64,000 bases of DNA from Patescibacteria group bacterium (GCA_018814875.1 JAHIYH010000041.1:13958-77957); one strand, 5' to 3'; positions 39,465-50,272 are shown, counted from the stretch's first letter. Numbers and translations are program-made. Notes: generated by a model not told the origin, from the letters alone.

Positions 39465-42422
39465 ATGTCCGACGACAAAACTATCCCGCCGGCCGATTCT
39501 GAAGAACAGGATTCTTCGCAAGATGAAGCCGATCCTGAGGCTTCTAATGAGCCCAAGATCTATGGCCCACTGCATGGTGGAGAAACTCTGGGTAACATTG
39601 GAAGTGTTTCACCACGGCCGATTGTAACTGAGATGGAGGAGAGTTATTTGGACTATGCAATGAGTGTAATTGTGCAACGTGCTCTTCCGGATGCGCGTGA
39701 TGGTCTTAAGCCAGTTCACCGTCGCATCCTCTTTTCTATGAATGAATTGGGACTGCGAAGCAGCGCAAAATTCCGAAAGTCTGCACTTATAGTTGGAGAC
39801 GTACTTGGTAAATATCATCCGCATGGTGATAGTGCTATATATGAATCACTAGTACGTATGGCGCAGAGCTTTTCTCTGCGTTATCCACTTGTTAGGGGAC
39901 AAGGTAACTTCGGATCGATTGATGGAGATAGCGCCGCAGCCATGCGTTACACGGAATCGAAAATGGAGAGGATGGCCGAGGAACTGTTGCAAGACATCGA
40001 TAAAGATACGGTAGATTTTCGTCCCAACTACGATTCAACACGCAAAGAACCTACAGTTCTTCCTGCAAAAGTACCTAATCTTCTCCTTAATGGAACGGTT
40101 GGTATTGCTGTTGGAATGGCAACCAACATTCCGCCACATAATTTGATTGAGGTGATTGATGCAACTGAGCACTTGATCGATAATCCTGAAGCAACAGTGG
40201 AAGATCTTTTGGAGTTCATAAAAGGACCAGACTTTCCAACAGGTGGAATCGTATACAATCAGGATACGCTGACACAGGCGTATCTTACGGGACGTGGTTC
40301 TGTTGTAGTGCGCGGGAAAGCGGAGATAGAAGAGTCCAAAAATGGTCGTTATCAGATTCGTGTTTCCGAGATTCCGTATCAAGTGAATAAATCTAACATG
40401 ATCGAAAAAATGGCACACTTGGTGCAGGATAAAGTGATTCAGGGTATCTCTGATATTCGCGATGAATCTGATCGTAAAGAGAATGTTCGTATTATCATTG
40501 AACTCAAGAAGGATTCATATCCTCAGAAGATCTTAAATCAACTCTTCAAACATACCGATTTGCAATCAAGTTTCGGCTACAACACGATTGCACTTTCTGA
40601 TGGTCTTCAGCCTCGTCTTCTTAATCTGCAGGAGTTCCTTCAGATCTTCATTGATCACCGCAGAGTTGTTACACGCAGACGCGTGACATTCGAACGAGAT
40701 CGCGCAAAGGAACGTGCTCACATTCTGGAAGGATTGTGTATAGCACTAAATGACATTGATAAGGTGGTGGAAACGATCAAGAAGAGTGCAACAAAGGAGA
40801 TTGCTAAGGAAAATTTGATCAAGAACTTCAAGCTAACAGAAATTCAGGCTGATGCTATCTTGCAAATGCGTTTGCAAACGTTAGCTGGTTTGGAGCGACA
40901 GAAGATTGAGGATGAACTTGCGGAAAAGAAGAAGTTTATTGCAGAGTGCGAGGCAATTCTCAAGGATTCCAAAAAGATTGATGAAATCATTAAAGGAGAA
41001 GTGAAGGAAATTAAGGAGAAGTACGGCGACAAACGCCGAACCACAATCGTCAAACATGCAGTTGGAGACTTTAGTGCAAAGGATACGATTCCGAATGCAC
41101 CTATGATGGTTACATTAACGCGCACTGGATATGTTAAACGTCTAAGTCCAATGCAGTTCCGTGCACAAGCGCGTGGCGGGAAGGGAGTTAAGGGAATGGA
41201 TGTGAAAGATGAGGATGAAACAACAACGATTTTGCATGTAATGAATCATGATGACCTTTTGTTCTTTACGAACACAGGGCGTGTATTCAAGCTTCCAACC
41301 TTCGAACTTCCACAAGGATCTAGAATTGCCAAGGGGCAGGCGATTGTGAATCTTTTACAATTACAACCAGATGAATTAGTTACTGCTATCTTGAAATCGG
41401 ATCTAGAAGATAAAGAGAGCCTATTTATGGTTACCAGAAATGGGATAGTTAAGCGTACGGAGCTTAATCAATTCGAAAATATACGTCGTTCGGGATTGAT
41501 TGCACAGAAAATACCTTCCGGAGATGAGCTTTGTTGGGTTCTGGCAACTACCGGTAAGAATGAAATTCTTATGGTAACGCAGAAAGGAAAGGCTATTCGA
41601 TTTAAAGAGGAGGATGTACGAGAGATGGGTCGTGCTGCAGCTGGTGTACGTGGTATCAAACTTGGACAAGGAGACAAAGTGGTGGAAGCAGCTACGATTG
41701 ATGATCCTTCCAAAAGTAAGTTGTTGGTGGTAATGGAAAATGGATTGGGGAAAATGACATCGGTAAATGAGTATCGATTCCAAGGAAGGGGAGGATCGGG
41801 TGTAAAAGCGGCACAGCTTACGGCAAAGACGGGCGACATAGTCGGTGGATGTATTCTTAAAGATGGTGACGAAGGAGATCTTCTTTGTTTGAGCAAGCAG
41901 GGTCAGGCAATTCGCATGAAGCTTGGTGACATTCCGTCACGCGGGCGTGCTACACAGGGGGTTATTGTCATGCGTCTTAAGGCGCGCGATAAAGTATCCA
42001 CGGTGAGTGTGGTGATGGAGGATAAAGAGGAAGAAGAAGCTGTGATTCAGGCGGCAGCGGAGACTCGTACAGAAGAAGTTGAGCTGATTAAGAAAGAGGA
42101 GAGGCGTGTTAATCGTGCGGCTAAGAAGATAAAAGTAGCTGTTGGGGCTGGGGCTGGGGATGAGGATAGGGCTGTGGATAAGAAGACGGAAGCCCCTAAG
42201 TCAGAACCAGTTTCTAAAGTGAAATTGAAGCTTGTTCCAAAGCCAAAAGCTAAGCCTGTTCCTAAGCTAAAGCCAAAAGCGAAACCAAAGCCAAAGAAGT
42301 TTGCGAAGAAGGCTCCTGCTAAGAAAAAACCAATCAAGAAAGCTCCGGTTAAGAAAAAGCCGGTTAAAAAAGCCGTTAAGAAGGTTCCCGCAAAGAAGCC
42401 TGCCAAGAAGAAAAGGAAGTAG
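39465..42422 (+). CDS. gyrA: DNA gyrase subunit A with a long Lys/Pro/Ala-rich tail
   Basis: [25 protein letters not shown], GyrA-box-like QARGGKG. Confidence 0.97.
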   Translation: MSDDKTIPPADSEEQDSSQDEADPEASNEPKIYGPLHGGETLGNIGSVSPRPIVTEMEESYLDYAMSVIVQRALPDARDGLKPVHRRILFSMNELGLRSSAKFRKSALIVGDVLGKYHPHGDSAIYESLVRMAQSFSLRYPLVRGQGNFGSIDGDSAAAMRYTESKMERMAEELLQDIDKDTVDFRPNYDSTRKEPTVLPAKVPNLLLNGTVGIAVGMATNIPPHNLIEVIDATEHLIDNPEATVEDLLEFIKGPDFPTGGIVYNQDTLTQAYLTGRGSVVVRGKAEIEESKNGRYQIRVSEIPYQVNKSNMIEKMAHLVQDKVIQGISDIRDESDRKENVRIIIELKKDSYPQKILNQLFKHTDLQSSFGYNTIALSDGLQPRLLNLQEFLQIFIDHRRVVTRRRVTFERDRAKERAHILEGLCIALNDIDKVVETIKKSATKEIAKENLIKNFKLTEIQADAILQMRLQTLAGLERQKIEDELAEKKKFIAECEAILKDSKKIDEIIKGEVKEIKEKYGDKRRTTIVKHAVGDFSAKDTIPNAPMMVTLTRTGYVKRLSPMQFRAQARGGKGVKGMDVKDEDETTTILHVMNHDDLLFFTNTGRVFKLPTFELPQGSRIAKGQAIVNLLQLQPDELVTAILKSDLEDKESLFMVTRNGIVKRTELNQFENIRRSGLIAQKIPSGDELCWVLATTGKNEILMVTQKGKAIRFKEEDVREMGRAAAGVRGIKLGQGDKVVEAATIDDPSKSKLLVVMENGLGKMTSVNEYRFQGRGGSGVKAAQLTAKTGDIVGGCILKDGDEGDLLCLSKQGQAIRMKLGDIPSRGRATQGVIVMRLKARDKVSTVSVVMEDKEEEEAVIQAAAETRTEEVELIKKEERRVNRAAKKIKVAVGAGAGDEDRAVDKKTEAPKSEPVSKVKLKLVPKPKAKPVPKLKPKAKPKPKKFAKKAPAKKKPIKKAPVKKKPVKKAVKKVPAKKPAKKKRK

Positions 42423-42464
42423 ATTTCTTGCAGCTCTACTCAATCTCTGTACAATCTTACCGAT

Positions 42465-42683
42465 ATGAAAGCCGGAATCCACCCAGAACTCTTCGCTGAT
42501 GCTAAAACCACATGTTCCACATGTGGGGCGATTTTCACGATTCCAAGCACATTAAAGAAGATAGAAGTAGAAACCTGCTCTCAGTGTCATCCGGTTTATA
42601 CAGGAAAACAGCGCAAGGAGATGAAGGGAGGCCGTGTAGAGAGGTTTAGGAAGAGGATGGCGGCGGGACGTGATAAGAAATAA
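42465..42683 (+). CDS. rpmE: 50S ribosomal protein L31
   Basis: [25 protein letters not shown]. Confidence 0.96.
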   Translation: MKAGIHPELFADAKTTCSTCGAIFTIPSTLKKIEVETCSQCHPVYTGKQRKEMKGGRVERFRKRMAAGRDKK

Positions 42684-42797
42684 ATAGCGGATTGTTGGAT
42701 AGTTTCTAGTTTGCCGGTTTTTCGTTATTTCGTTATCTCGTTACATCGAAATAACCAAATAACGAAGTAACGAAATAACGAATAAACCCGATTTTCG

Positions 42798-42824
42798 CTA
42801 GCACTCACGCTATTCGAGTGCTAT
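42798..42824 (+). promoter_or_regulatory. CIRCE operator
   Basis: cTAGCACTC-N9-GAGTGCTAt immediately upstream of hrcA. Confidence 0.92.
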
Positions 42825-42833
42825 CATGCAGTC

Positions 42834-43550
42834 ATGAATGAGCGCCAAAGTAAGCTTCTGGTGGCGATAATCGACCAATTCATAGAGACAGCTCTGCCGG
42901 TAGGTTCCAAGAGACTTTTGGAGTCTGGGGACTTCTTTTGTTCCTCGGCCACAATTCGTAATGAGATGGGTCTTTTAGAAGATGAGGGATTTCTGGAGCA
43001 GACGCATATTTCATCTGGTCGTATCCCAACAGCGCATGGATACAGGATGTATGTGCAGGATTTTATGAAGACGAGTGTTAGAGAGAAGGCAGTACGCAAG
43101 AAGTTTGAGTCACTAAAAGAGCAATACTTTCAGCGCAAAGATCAAGAAAGGGTGTACGAGGCCGTCGCGCTTCTTTCGCATATGACTCCCAATGTTGCGT
43201 TTGCGTCTGTACCGCATAAGGATCGTGTTTATTTTATGGGGCTTAGTAATGTGCTCAAGCAGCCTGAGTTTCAGAACAATCCTTTACTTGCCAGTGGAGT
43301 TGCGGAACTTCTTGAAGACAAGTTGAATGCGCTTCTCGAAAAAGTTGAGGTGGATGATAAGGTTCGTTATTACATTGGCGATGAACATATCCTTAGCTCT
43401 ATTCAAAGCTGTGCAATGATGGTTACAGAATATCGTGTGCGCGATTTACGAGGTGTGCTTGGAATTCTGGGTCCCATGCGAATGGATTACGCGTATAATA
43501 CGGTGGCGATCGACTTGGTTGCTGATTTGTTACGTTCTTATCAGGGTTAG
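42834..43550 (+). CDS. hrcA: Heat-inducible repressor HrcA (short form)
   Basis: PVGSK, SSATIRNEM, HISSGRIPT, GILGPMRMDY. Confidence 0.95.
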   Translation: MNERQSKLLVAIIDQFIETALPVGSKRLLESGDFFCSSATIRNEMGLLEDEGFLEQTHISSGRIPTAHGYRMYVQDFMKTSVREKAVRKKFESLKEQYFQRKDQERVYEAVALLSHMTPNVAFASVPHKDRVYFMGLSNVLKQPEFQNNPLLASGVAELLEDKLNALLEKVEVDDKVRYYIGDEHILSSIQSCAMMVTEYRVRDLRGVLGILGPMRMDYAYNTVAIDLVADLLRSYQG

Positions 43551-43585
43551 GGCTAGGGCTTGGGCTAGGCTTTTTTTTAAAAATT

Positions 43586-43960
43586 ATGAAAGACTTTACA
43601 GACCTCGAGGCATGGCAGAAAGGAATGAATCTTCTCAAAGAGGTCTATAAGATTACTGGTTCATTTCCAAAAGAAGAAAAATATAATCTTACTTCTCAGA
43701 TGCGCCGAGCATCAACTAGTGTATTAACGAATACTGCAGAGGGGTTTGGTAGATCTACTAGTCCAGACAAGGCATACAGGTATACGATTGCTCGTGGTGA
43801 ATGTACCGAAGTACATGCTTTATTAATTATCAGTGTTGAACTTGGAATAATAACTATGGAAGATGCTAAATCTGCAATAGAATTAACTTCTGATACGGGT
43901 AAACTTCTCTCAGGTTTAATTAGAAAATACTCCTCTTCCAAGCCCCAGCCCCAGCCCTAG
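43586..43960 (+). CDS. Four helix bundle protein (IVP/Avd-like), flanked by inverted GGGCTA/TAGCCC arrays
   Basis: FTDLEAW, FPKEEKYNLTSQMRRASTSV..N.AEG, IARGE; arrays at 43543-43570 and 43941-43970. Confidence 0.92.
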   Translation: MKDFTDLEAWQKGMNLLKEVYKITGSFPKEEKYNLTSQMRRASTSVLTNTAEGFGRSTSPDKAYRYTIARGECTEVHALLIISVELGIITMEDAKSAIELTSDTGKLLSGLIRKYSSSKPQPQP

Positions 43961-43970
43961 CCCCAGCCCT

Positions 43971-46667
43971 ATGTCCATCAGATTACTAAAAGTACGACCT
44001 GCCAAAGAAGATGAACGCGAAAAGCAGACACATCGAGGTCCGCTCTATATGGAGCCGGCGTTGGCTGCATTACATTCACTTAAAGGAACAGATAGAGAAG
44101 TCAGCTTAGAGATTGGAATGGGACGCGATGGGAAGATTGGTTTTTTTGTAAGGGGAAGTGGTCGCGGTACACGTTTGGCGGAAAGCCAGATCTATGCTCA
44201 GTATCCTGATGTTGATATAGAAACAATTACAGAGGATCCTTTTGTACCAAATGCAGATGAAGAAGTAGTAACGGTAGATTTGTGTCTCACAGATCCGGAG
44301 ATTTTCCCTATAAAGAGACATCCACAATTTGATGATCTTCTCACTCGTACAAATGTTGATCCTATTGCAGGTATCACATCGACGCTCTCTCGTTCATTGG
44401 TTCCCGGTATGCGCGGGCATGTTCAAGTGGCTATAAAACCGCTCACGGGAAGTTATCGCAGACGCGCTCTCAGATTCATTCCTCTGTTACAAAAGGGATT
44501 AGCATCAATTTCGGTTCGTTATGCTGCTTTATTTACACGTATGCAGTTAGCGCGTGGATGGAGACGTGTGGTACTTTTGCCAGTAGCTTTCTTTTTGGGA
44601 GGATTTAGAGCGTGGCCTGGATTCAGCAAATTCTTCACAACACCAGTGAACATAACTACGGGTGAAATATTTACATCTGATCCGGAAGAGGAGGATATGC
44701 AGCGTGCAAGTGCGCGTTCGCATGATCGTGAGAATTCGGTTGCTGCCGCGCTCGATAAAGTGAATCGTTTACTTTTCCTGTGCAATGTACGTATAAGCGT
44801 GATTGCTCCTAAGGGGCACACTGACGAGGCACGTGCTCAGATTGATGAGATTGTTGGAGGCTTTAGGCAATTTGCTCTTCCTAATTGCAATGCATTGAAA
44901 GCTAAATCTGTTAAGCAGAGTTCGAATGTTCCATATGGAATTAAGGAACATCCTTTCATTCTTTCGGTAGAAGAAGTGGTTACCCTGTGGCACATTCCAA
45001 CTGTTCTGGTTAGAACTCCAAATATTGATTGGGTGCTAAGCAAGAAACTTGAGCCGCCTATCAATTTACCTATATCGACTGATAAAGATGTGACGACCCT
45101 TGGTGAGGCAGTCTTTCGTGGAGAGCGTTCTCAATTCGGTATTTTACCGGATGATCGTCGTCGACATATCTATTGCATCGGAAAAACTGGAATGGGTAAG
45201 TCAACGCTTTTGGAAAATATGATCTTTAGTGATATTCACGAAGGGAAGGGGGTAGGTGTTATTGATCCGCATGGAGATTTGATTGACGCCATTCTGCAGT
45301 TTATTCCAAAAGAACGATCGAATGATATTATCCTGATTGACCCCGCAGATCGTGACTTCCCAATTTCTTTTAATATGCTGGAGGCAACAGGTCCCGATCA
45401 GCGACCTATAGTCGCATCAGGTCTGATGGGTGTTTTTACAAAGCTTTGGCCAGATGTTTGGAGTGAACGAATGAAGCATATTCTAAGGAATACCCTTCTT
45501 GCACTTTTGGAATACCAAGGTTCCTCTATGCTTGGAATCATGCGTATGTTTGCGGATGATGCGTATCGCACTAAAGTTGTTGATAAGATTACAGATCCAC
45601 TCGTCAAAAGTTTCTGGAAAGATGAGTATGAACAATGGTCCGAGAAATATCGAACGGAGGCCATCTCAGCCATTCAAAACAAAGTGGGTCAGCTTCTTTC
45701 TACTCCCATAATGCGTAACATTGTCGGGCAGGTAAAAAGTAGTGTGGATATTAGGCATGCAATGGACACAGGGAAGATTGTTCTTGTTAATTTGAGTAAA
45801 GGTAAGTTGGGTGAAGATGTTTCCGCATTTTTAGGATCCATGCTCGTCACAAAGTTCCAAATTGATGCTATGAGTCGGGCAGATATTCCAGAAAAAGATA
45901 GACGTGATTTCTACCTATATGTTGATGAGTTTCAGAACTTTGCAACTGAGTCGTTTGCCACGATCCTCTCTGAGGCTCGCAAATATCGCCTCTCTTTGAC
46001 TATGGCGAATCAGTATGTGGCGCAACTTTTGATTGATGATAAAAACACCGCTCTTCGCGATGCAGTATTTGGAAACGTTGGTTCCATTATCAGCTTCCAG
46101 GTGGGGAGTGATGATGCAGAGGAGATGAGTTTGCAGTTTGAAGAAATGGTGACTGCTAAGGACATTTTGAGTTTGCCTAAGTATCACGCGTATGCACGTG
46201 TGATGATTGAAGGTGTTCCATCTAAGCCTTTCTCGGTTACCACACTTCCTCCTCCTCAGTTTAAGCAGGATCCAGGTCGAGTAGATACATTCAGGAGCCT
46301 CTCGCGTGAGAGATATAGCAAATCTCGAGTAGAGGTTGAGGGTAAGATTATGAAGTGGGCGCAGTCTGCTGCAGAAGGTAGAAAGGATGCTAAGAAGGCT
46401 GGTAAAGCAAAAGAGAAGGAAGAAGAAGAACTTAAGAAAGCTCGCAAAAAGGGTATGAAGTTAGATGAATACCGCAAATGGCGGGATAGAGAGATGTGGC
46501 TGAATGATTTTAATATGATTCGTAAAAAGAACTTAATGGGAGAGAAGCTTAACGAAGATGAAAAGAAGGAGATGGCAGAACTAGAGAAGAAGCTCAAGGA
46601 TAGTGGGGGAGTGCCGGAGCTGAGTAAGACGTTGCTTCAGATGAAAGAGAAAAAGGAGAGAAAGTGA
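43971..46667 (+). CDS. VirD4/TraD-like coupling ATPase (CPR type)
   Basis: DDRRRHIY, Walker A GKTGMGKS, IDPHGDL, Walker B LYVDEFQNF, EARKY. Confidence 0.88.
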   Translation: MSIRLLKVRPAKEDEREKQTHRGPLYMEPALAALHSLKGTDREVSLEIGMGRDGKIGFFVRGSGRGTRLAESQIYAQYPDVDIETITEDPFVPNADEEVVTVDLCLTDPEIFPIKRHPQFDDLLTRTNVDPIAGITSTLSRSLVPGMRGHVQVAIKPLTGSYRRRALRFIPLLQKGLASISVRYAALFTRMQLARGWRRVVLLPVAFFLGGFRAWPGFSKFFTTPVNITTGEIFTSDPEEEDMQRASARSHDRENSVAAALDKVNRLLFLCNVRISVIAPKGHTDEARAQIDEIVGGFRQFALPNCNALKAKSVKQSSNVPYGIKEHPFILSVEEVVTLWHIPTVLVRTPNIDWVLSKKLEPPINLPISTDKDVTTLGEAVFRGERSQFGILPDDRRRHIYCIGKTGMGKSTLLENMIFSDIHEGKGVGVIDPHGDLIDAILQFIPKERSNDIILIDPADRDFPISFNMLEATGPDQRPIVASGLMGVFTKLWPDVWSERMKHILRNTLLALLEYQGSSMLGIMRMFADDAYRTKVVDKITDPLVKSFWKDEYEQWSEKYRTEAISAIQNKVGQLLSTPIMRNIVGQVKSSVDIRHAMDTGKIVLVNLSKGKLGEDVSAFLGSMLVTKFQIDAMSRADIPEKDRRDFYLYVDEFQNFATESFATILSEARKYRLSLTMANQYVAQLLIDDKNTALRDAVFGNVGSIISFQVGSDDAEEMSLQFEEMVTAKDILSLPKYHAYARVMIEGVPSKPFSVTTLPPPQFKQDPGRVDTFRSLSRERYSKSRVEVEGKIMKWAQSAAEGRKDAKKAGKAKEKEEEELKKARKKGMKLDEYRKWRDREMWLNDFNMIRKKNLMGEKLNEDEKKEMAELEKKLKDSGGVPELSKTLLQMKEKKERK

Positions 46668-47159
46668 AAAGTTAAAAGTGAAAAGTGAAAAGTTAAAAGT
46701 TAATCCGTGTAATCCGCTTAATCCATTTAATCCGCCTGCCCTTCCGTAGCCCAGCCTGCCCCTCGTAGCCAAGAGGCGAAGTGGGGAGGCGAAGGAGGGT
46801 GATTCAGACATTTTGGCTACAATTAGACAAATAATTTAGTTAAGTAATTGCGCAATTACTTAACTAGTTATGACCTTTCGCACGAAAGGTATCAAAGGTA
46901 TCAACAGTAAAAAGTTTGCTAGGATGATTAATCAAATCAAATTTCCATTTTCTCAATCAGATAGTTTTGTTTGTTGTACGTTTTTTTCCATCCATCCACA
47001 GACCCTCCTCCGGAAGAGGGGTGGAGCTATGTTAAAAGTAGAAACAGGTTTTTTATTTGTATAGCAGAGCTCCATTTCCTTTATATGTGAAGGAAGGGGT
47101 CGCTTGTCCACCGTAGCCCAAAGGCGTAGGCGGAGGTGATGGAGGTTTTCACAGACAAT

Positions 47160-47815
47160 CAAAAAAGACCAGAAGAAACCTCTGGCCTTTTTTGTGTTTG
47201 TGTCTTGCTCCCTTGGCTATCAGAAGTATTAATACCGCTGAGCCTATATTATTTGAGGAAGCTGACTGAGAGGAGGAGCTCTCTAGCCTCTGCCTTGCTT
47301 AGGTTTCTTGTTTCTCCTCGCAACCGAACGAAGTCCCCGGACCAGGTACTCAAGGCAATGCACAAGGCAAAGGAGACCATGGGGAGTAAGGGATGCATAC
47401 CGCTAAGCGACCTCTCATCAACGGTACGTCATCACAGAGCAGAGAGGATGGGAGCCGTCCTGACCCGTGAGTTAAAGCATTTCCAGTTCCTCAGATAGAA
47501 CCTAAGTAATAAAGGTGGGTGACTGAGCGGAGATGCAACTTACAGGACCCGTTTGCGTCCGGTGCGTCCTCTCGAGAGGGTCGCACTAGGCGTCAATGGG
47601 TGTTAACCACCTTCGCCGAGGCTATGGTGGGCAAGGGGGGATTGGCTCCCCTCCTATCTACTCTTGGCCTGTCCCGCACAGATGAGAGTGGTGCGGGGTG
47701 GCAGCGGTGGTGTGAAGGATCTAAAGTGTTTGTTTGGTGGGGGGCGCCCCCCGTGTTTGTTTTTGTCTTTCTCTCTGTGTCTGATTTGTCCTGTTGTTTT
47801 TGTTATGAACAAATC
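47160..47815 (-). ncRNA. Candidate large structured ncRNA (~650 nt); strand uncertain
   Basis: No credible ORF; many stems; minus-strand TTGCAC-17-TAATAT promoter at 47821-47849 and terminator at 47161-47193. Confidence 0.5.
47161..47193 (-). terminator. Intrinsic terminator, possibly bidirectional
   Basis: GGCCAGAG/TTCTGGTC stem with G-U pairs on the minus strand, followed by T6. Confidence 0.75.
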
Positions 47816-47946
47816 CGCACATATTACGCATTCATCCAAAGGTGTGCAACTTTTACCCATAGCCAAGGGCTCAAATGCGTTTTGTGAATACATTTTGTGT
47901 ACGGTAATTAACCTAATGAATTTGTTGCTCTAGGATCTATTGAATG

Positions 47947-48320
47947 GAAATAAAAGAAATAAAGGCAATAAAAGAAACAGAAGAGTTCTCCTATATTGCT
48001 TTTATTTAATTTATTGCTTTTATTACATTTCTAATACAATCTAATCCATTCCATCGATCCTCCTCTTTGCTTGTATTCATACTGTGCAGCCTCCATATCT
48101 AAACGTGCTTCATCCAAGTTTTGTTGTGCTTCAATCATGTCTGACCATGCATCGTAGTACTTCATACAGCTATCAACATTCAACAATCAACCTTCAACAT
48201 TCAACCTTCAACATTCAACAATCAACATTCAACATTCAACCTTCAACAATGTTGTTGATAGTTGAAAGCATAGCGTGTTGATAGTTGATTGTTGCTATGA
48301 TAGTTGATTGTTGCTAGTTG
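47947..48320. repeat. Two consecutive inverted array pairs: AATAAAAG-type (47947-48025, also 62888-62957) and TCAACAT/TGTTGAT (48171-48320)
   Basis: Seen directly. Confidence 0.85.
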
Positions 48321-48791
48321 TTAGTTGCATTCTCCCCAAAGCCCCAGATTACTTTCTTGCGCCCTATGTTCTAGTTCCTTATATATCTCGCTACGGGGGT
48401 GGGGGAACAGTGGATAGTTTCTGGCAAAGCCTGAGTAGATCATTTGTCCTCCAATATCGATTTCATCTACAGAGAGATATCTGAGTAAACGGTCATATTT
48501 ATCACGATTCTCATCGATCTTGCTTTCGAGTATTGCTCGTTTTCCTTCAGCAAGCTCCCGCATTTTCTCCGTTGCCTGATCGCCAAAGCATTCATCCTTT
48601 TCCGGTGCATCTATTCCTACAATGCGGATATATTCCATCTTCCCCTTCAAGAGTACAGTGACAGTGTCTCCATCAACTATGCGTAAAATAATTGCTTCCT
48701 CTTTGGGAGGAGTAGTGGGGAGTGATGGTTGCGTGTTTGGTTGGCACGAGACTAACAAGATTGTGGCTGAGATAAGAACTATTTTTTTCAT
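48321..48791 (-). CDS. Thermonuclease (SNase-like) lipoprotein
   Basis: Lipobox LLVSC; VDGDT, GIDAPE, DKYDRLLRY, GLW. Confidence 0.92.
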   Translation of the reverse strand: MKKIVLISATILLVSCQPNTQPSLPTTPPKEEAIILRIVDGDTVTVLLKGKMEYIRIVGIDAPEKDECFGDQATEKMRELAEGKRAILESKIDENRDKYDRLLRYLSVDEIDIGGQMIYSGFARNYPLFPHPRSEIYKELEHRAQESNLGLWGECN

Positions 48792-48808
48792 GTTGATAGT
48801 GTACATGC

Positions 48809-50026
48809 CTAGAGCCCTAGTACCATCCAAACCTTAAACCCTACAAAGCAAACAATCGTCACAAATCCAAACAGCGAGAAGGCAAATGGGAAGATTGTAA
48901 CCCCCTTGGGATGTGGATCGCGGATCTTAACACGCATACATGCCAGATTCACAATTGCGAAGATTATAAGAATGATAAAGCTGGTGAACTGCGCCAAGGC
49001 AGTCAGATTGAATCCCAAAGCAAGAACCAAAATAAGGACGGTGACTAGAATCGTCGCGTTAATGGGAGTGTTTGTGTGTGGGTTTACTTTGGAAAGACAA
49101 TCAGGAAGCCAGTCTTTTCGGCTCAAACTAAATAGGATGCGTGATCCCATGATGATCTGCACCAGAAGTCCGTTAACAATTGCAAAGAGTCCGATGAAAG
49201 TAATAACGATCGGCGAGGATCCGGTGTTTTGAGTGTAGATAAGTGCGAGTGGCGCATCGGTTGCCTGAAGTTGAGCTGCCGGCAGGCTCAGTACAGCAAT
49301 AACTGCCACGATACAATAAAGGAATGTAGAACTTGCGATTGCTATTAGAATTCCTAAAGGAAGATTCCTGTGTGGATTTTCTACTTCTTCTGCCACATTG
49401 GCCATATCTTCAAATCCAATGAATGCATAGAACGCAATAAATGCGCCGGACATGATTCCTCCCCAGAGTGCTGTGTCCGATGTAGGAATAAACTCAGACG
49501 CGCGAGAGGGGAATGACATCAGTCCTTCTCTGCCAACCCAGATAATCAGAAGCAATCCAGAAATCTCAATCATAGTAAGAACAGTTGCGGCCATCGCTGA
49601 CTCCTTGATTCCCCATGCAGCGATTAGTGCTGCAATAAGTACGGTTATAGAAATTGCTATGTTAGCGGGGATTGCGACGAATACTTGAAGGTACCCTACA
49701 AATGCATTTGTAAGTGCAGCAGAGGAAACTATTGCCGAAAGTACTACCAAAAGTCCTATGACAGTAGAGAGCGCAGGGATTCCAAAGGCGTGTGCTGTGT
49801 AAATCGCTTCACCACCACTTTTTGGATAGCGAGCAGATAGTTCTGCATACGCAAATCCTGTGAGTCCTGCGAGGATTGCTGCAACGATAAAGGCAACCGG
49901 AGTAAAAAAACCAGCTTCACCTGCAACTTTTCCAACTAAAGCATAAATACCAGCTCCTAGGATTGAACCAAGTCCGTAGAATGTGAATAACGGGAGATTA
50001 AGGCGGCGCTTGAGTTGAGCGGACAT
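48809..50026 (-). CDS. APC family amino acid permease
   Basis: GSILGAGIY, YAELSARYP.SGG, FYAFIGFE. Confidence 0.92.
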   Translation of the reverse strand: MSAQLKRRLNLPLFTFYGLGSILGAGIYALVGKVAGEAGFFTPVAFIVAAILAGLTGFAYAELSARYPKSGGEAIYTAHAFGIPALSTVIGLLVVLSAIVSSAALTNAFVGYLQVFVAIPANIAISITVLIAALIAAWGIKESAMAATVLTMIEISGLLLIIWVGREGLMSFPSRASEFIPTSDTALWGGIMSGAFIAFYAFIGFEDMANVAEEVENPHRNLPLGILIAIASSTFLYCIVAVIAVLSLPAAQLQATDAPLALIYTQNTGSSPIVITFIGLFAIVNGLLVQIIMGSRILFSLSRKDWLPDCLSKVNPHTNTPINATILVTVLILVLALGFNLTALAQFTSFIILIIFAIVNLACMRVKIRDPHPKGVTIFPFAFSLFGFVTIVCFVGFKVWMVLGL

Positions 50027-50272
50027 AATAATAAGTGAAAAGTTAATAGCTATTAGCTATTAGCTAATAGTGAAAAGGGTACATGGTTTCGGGGTACATC
50101 ACAAAATCGTAGCTGCATTGTCTGGAACTAGGATTAGAAGGATTTATGGATTACTAGGATTAATAATCCTGTTAATCCTTACTTGTCGGCCGTAGCCAAG
50201 CCTGCCCCTCGTAGCCAAGAGGCGAAGTGGGGAGGCGAAGGCTGATAATCATGTAAATCCTAGTTCCGGACC

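Noticed and set aside
43971..46667. Conjugative element or ICE
   Set aside because: No relaxase, VirB4, integrase or other T4SS genes nearby; stand-alone copies are common in CPR chromosomes
47235..47530. RNase P RNA or tmRNA call
   Set aside because: GAGGAA and AGAACC are present, but the GAGGAAAGUCC/P4 pairing and tRNA-like tmRNA ends are not; left as an unidentified RNA candidate
47136..47933. ORFs of 79-122 aa in the non-coding block
   Set aside because: Overlapping, no motifs, they cross a terminator and REP copies; more likely chance ORFs
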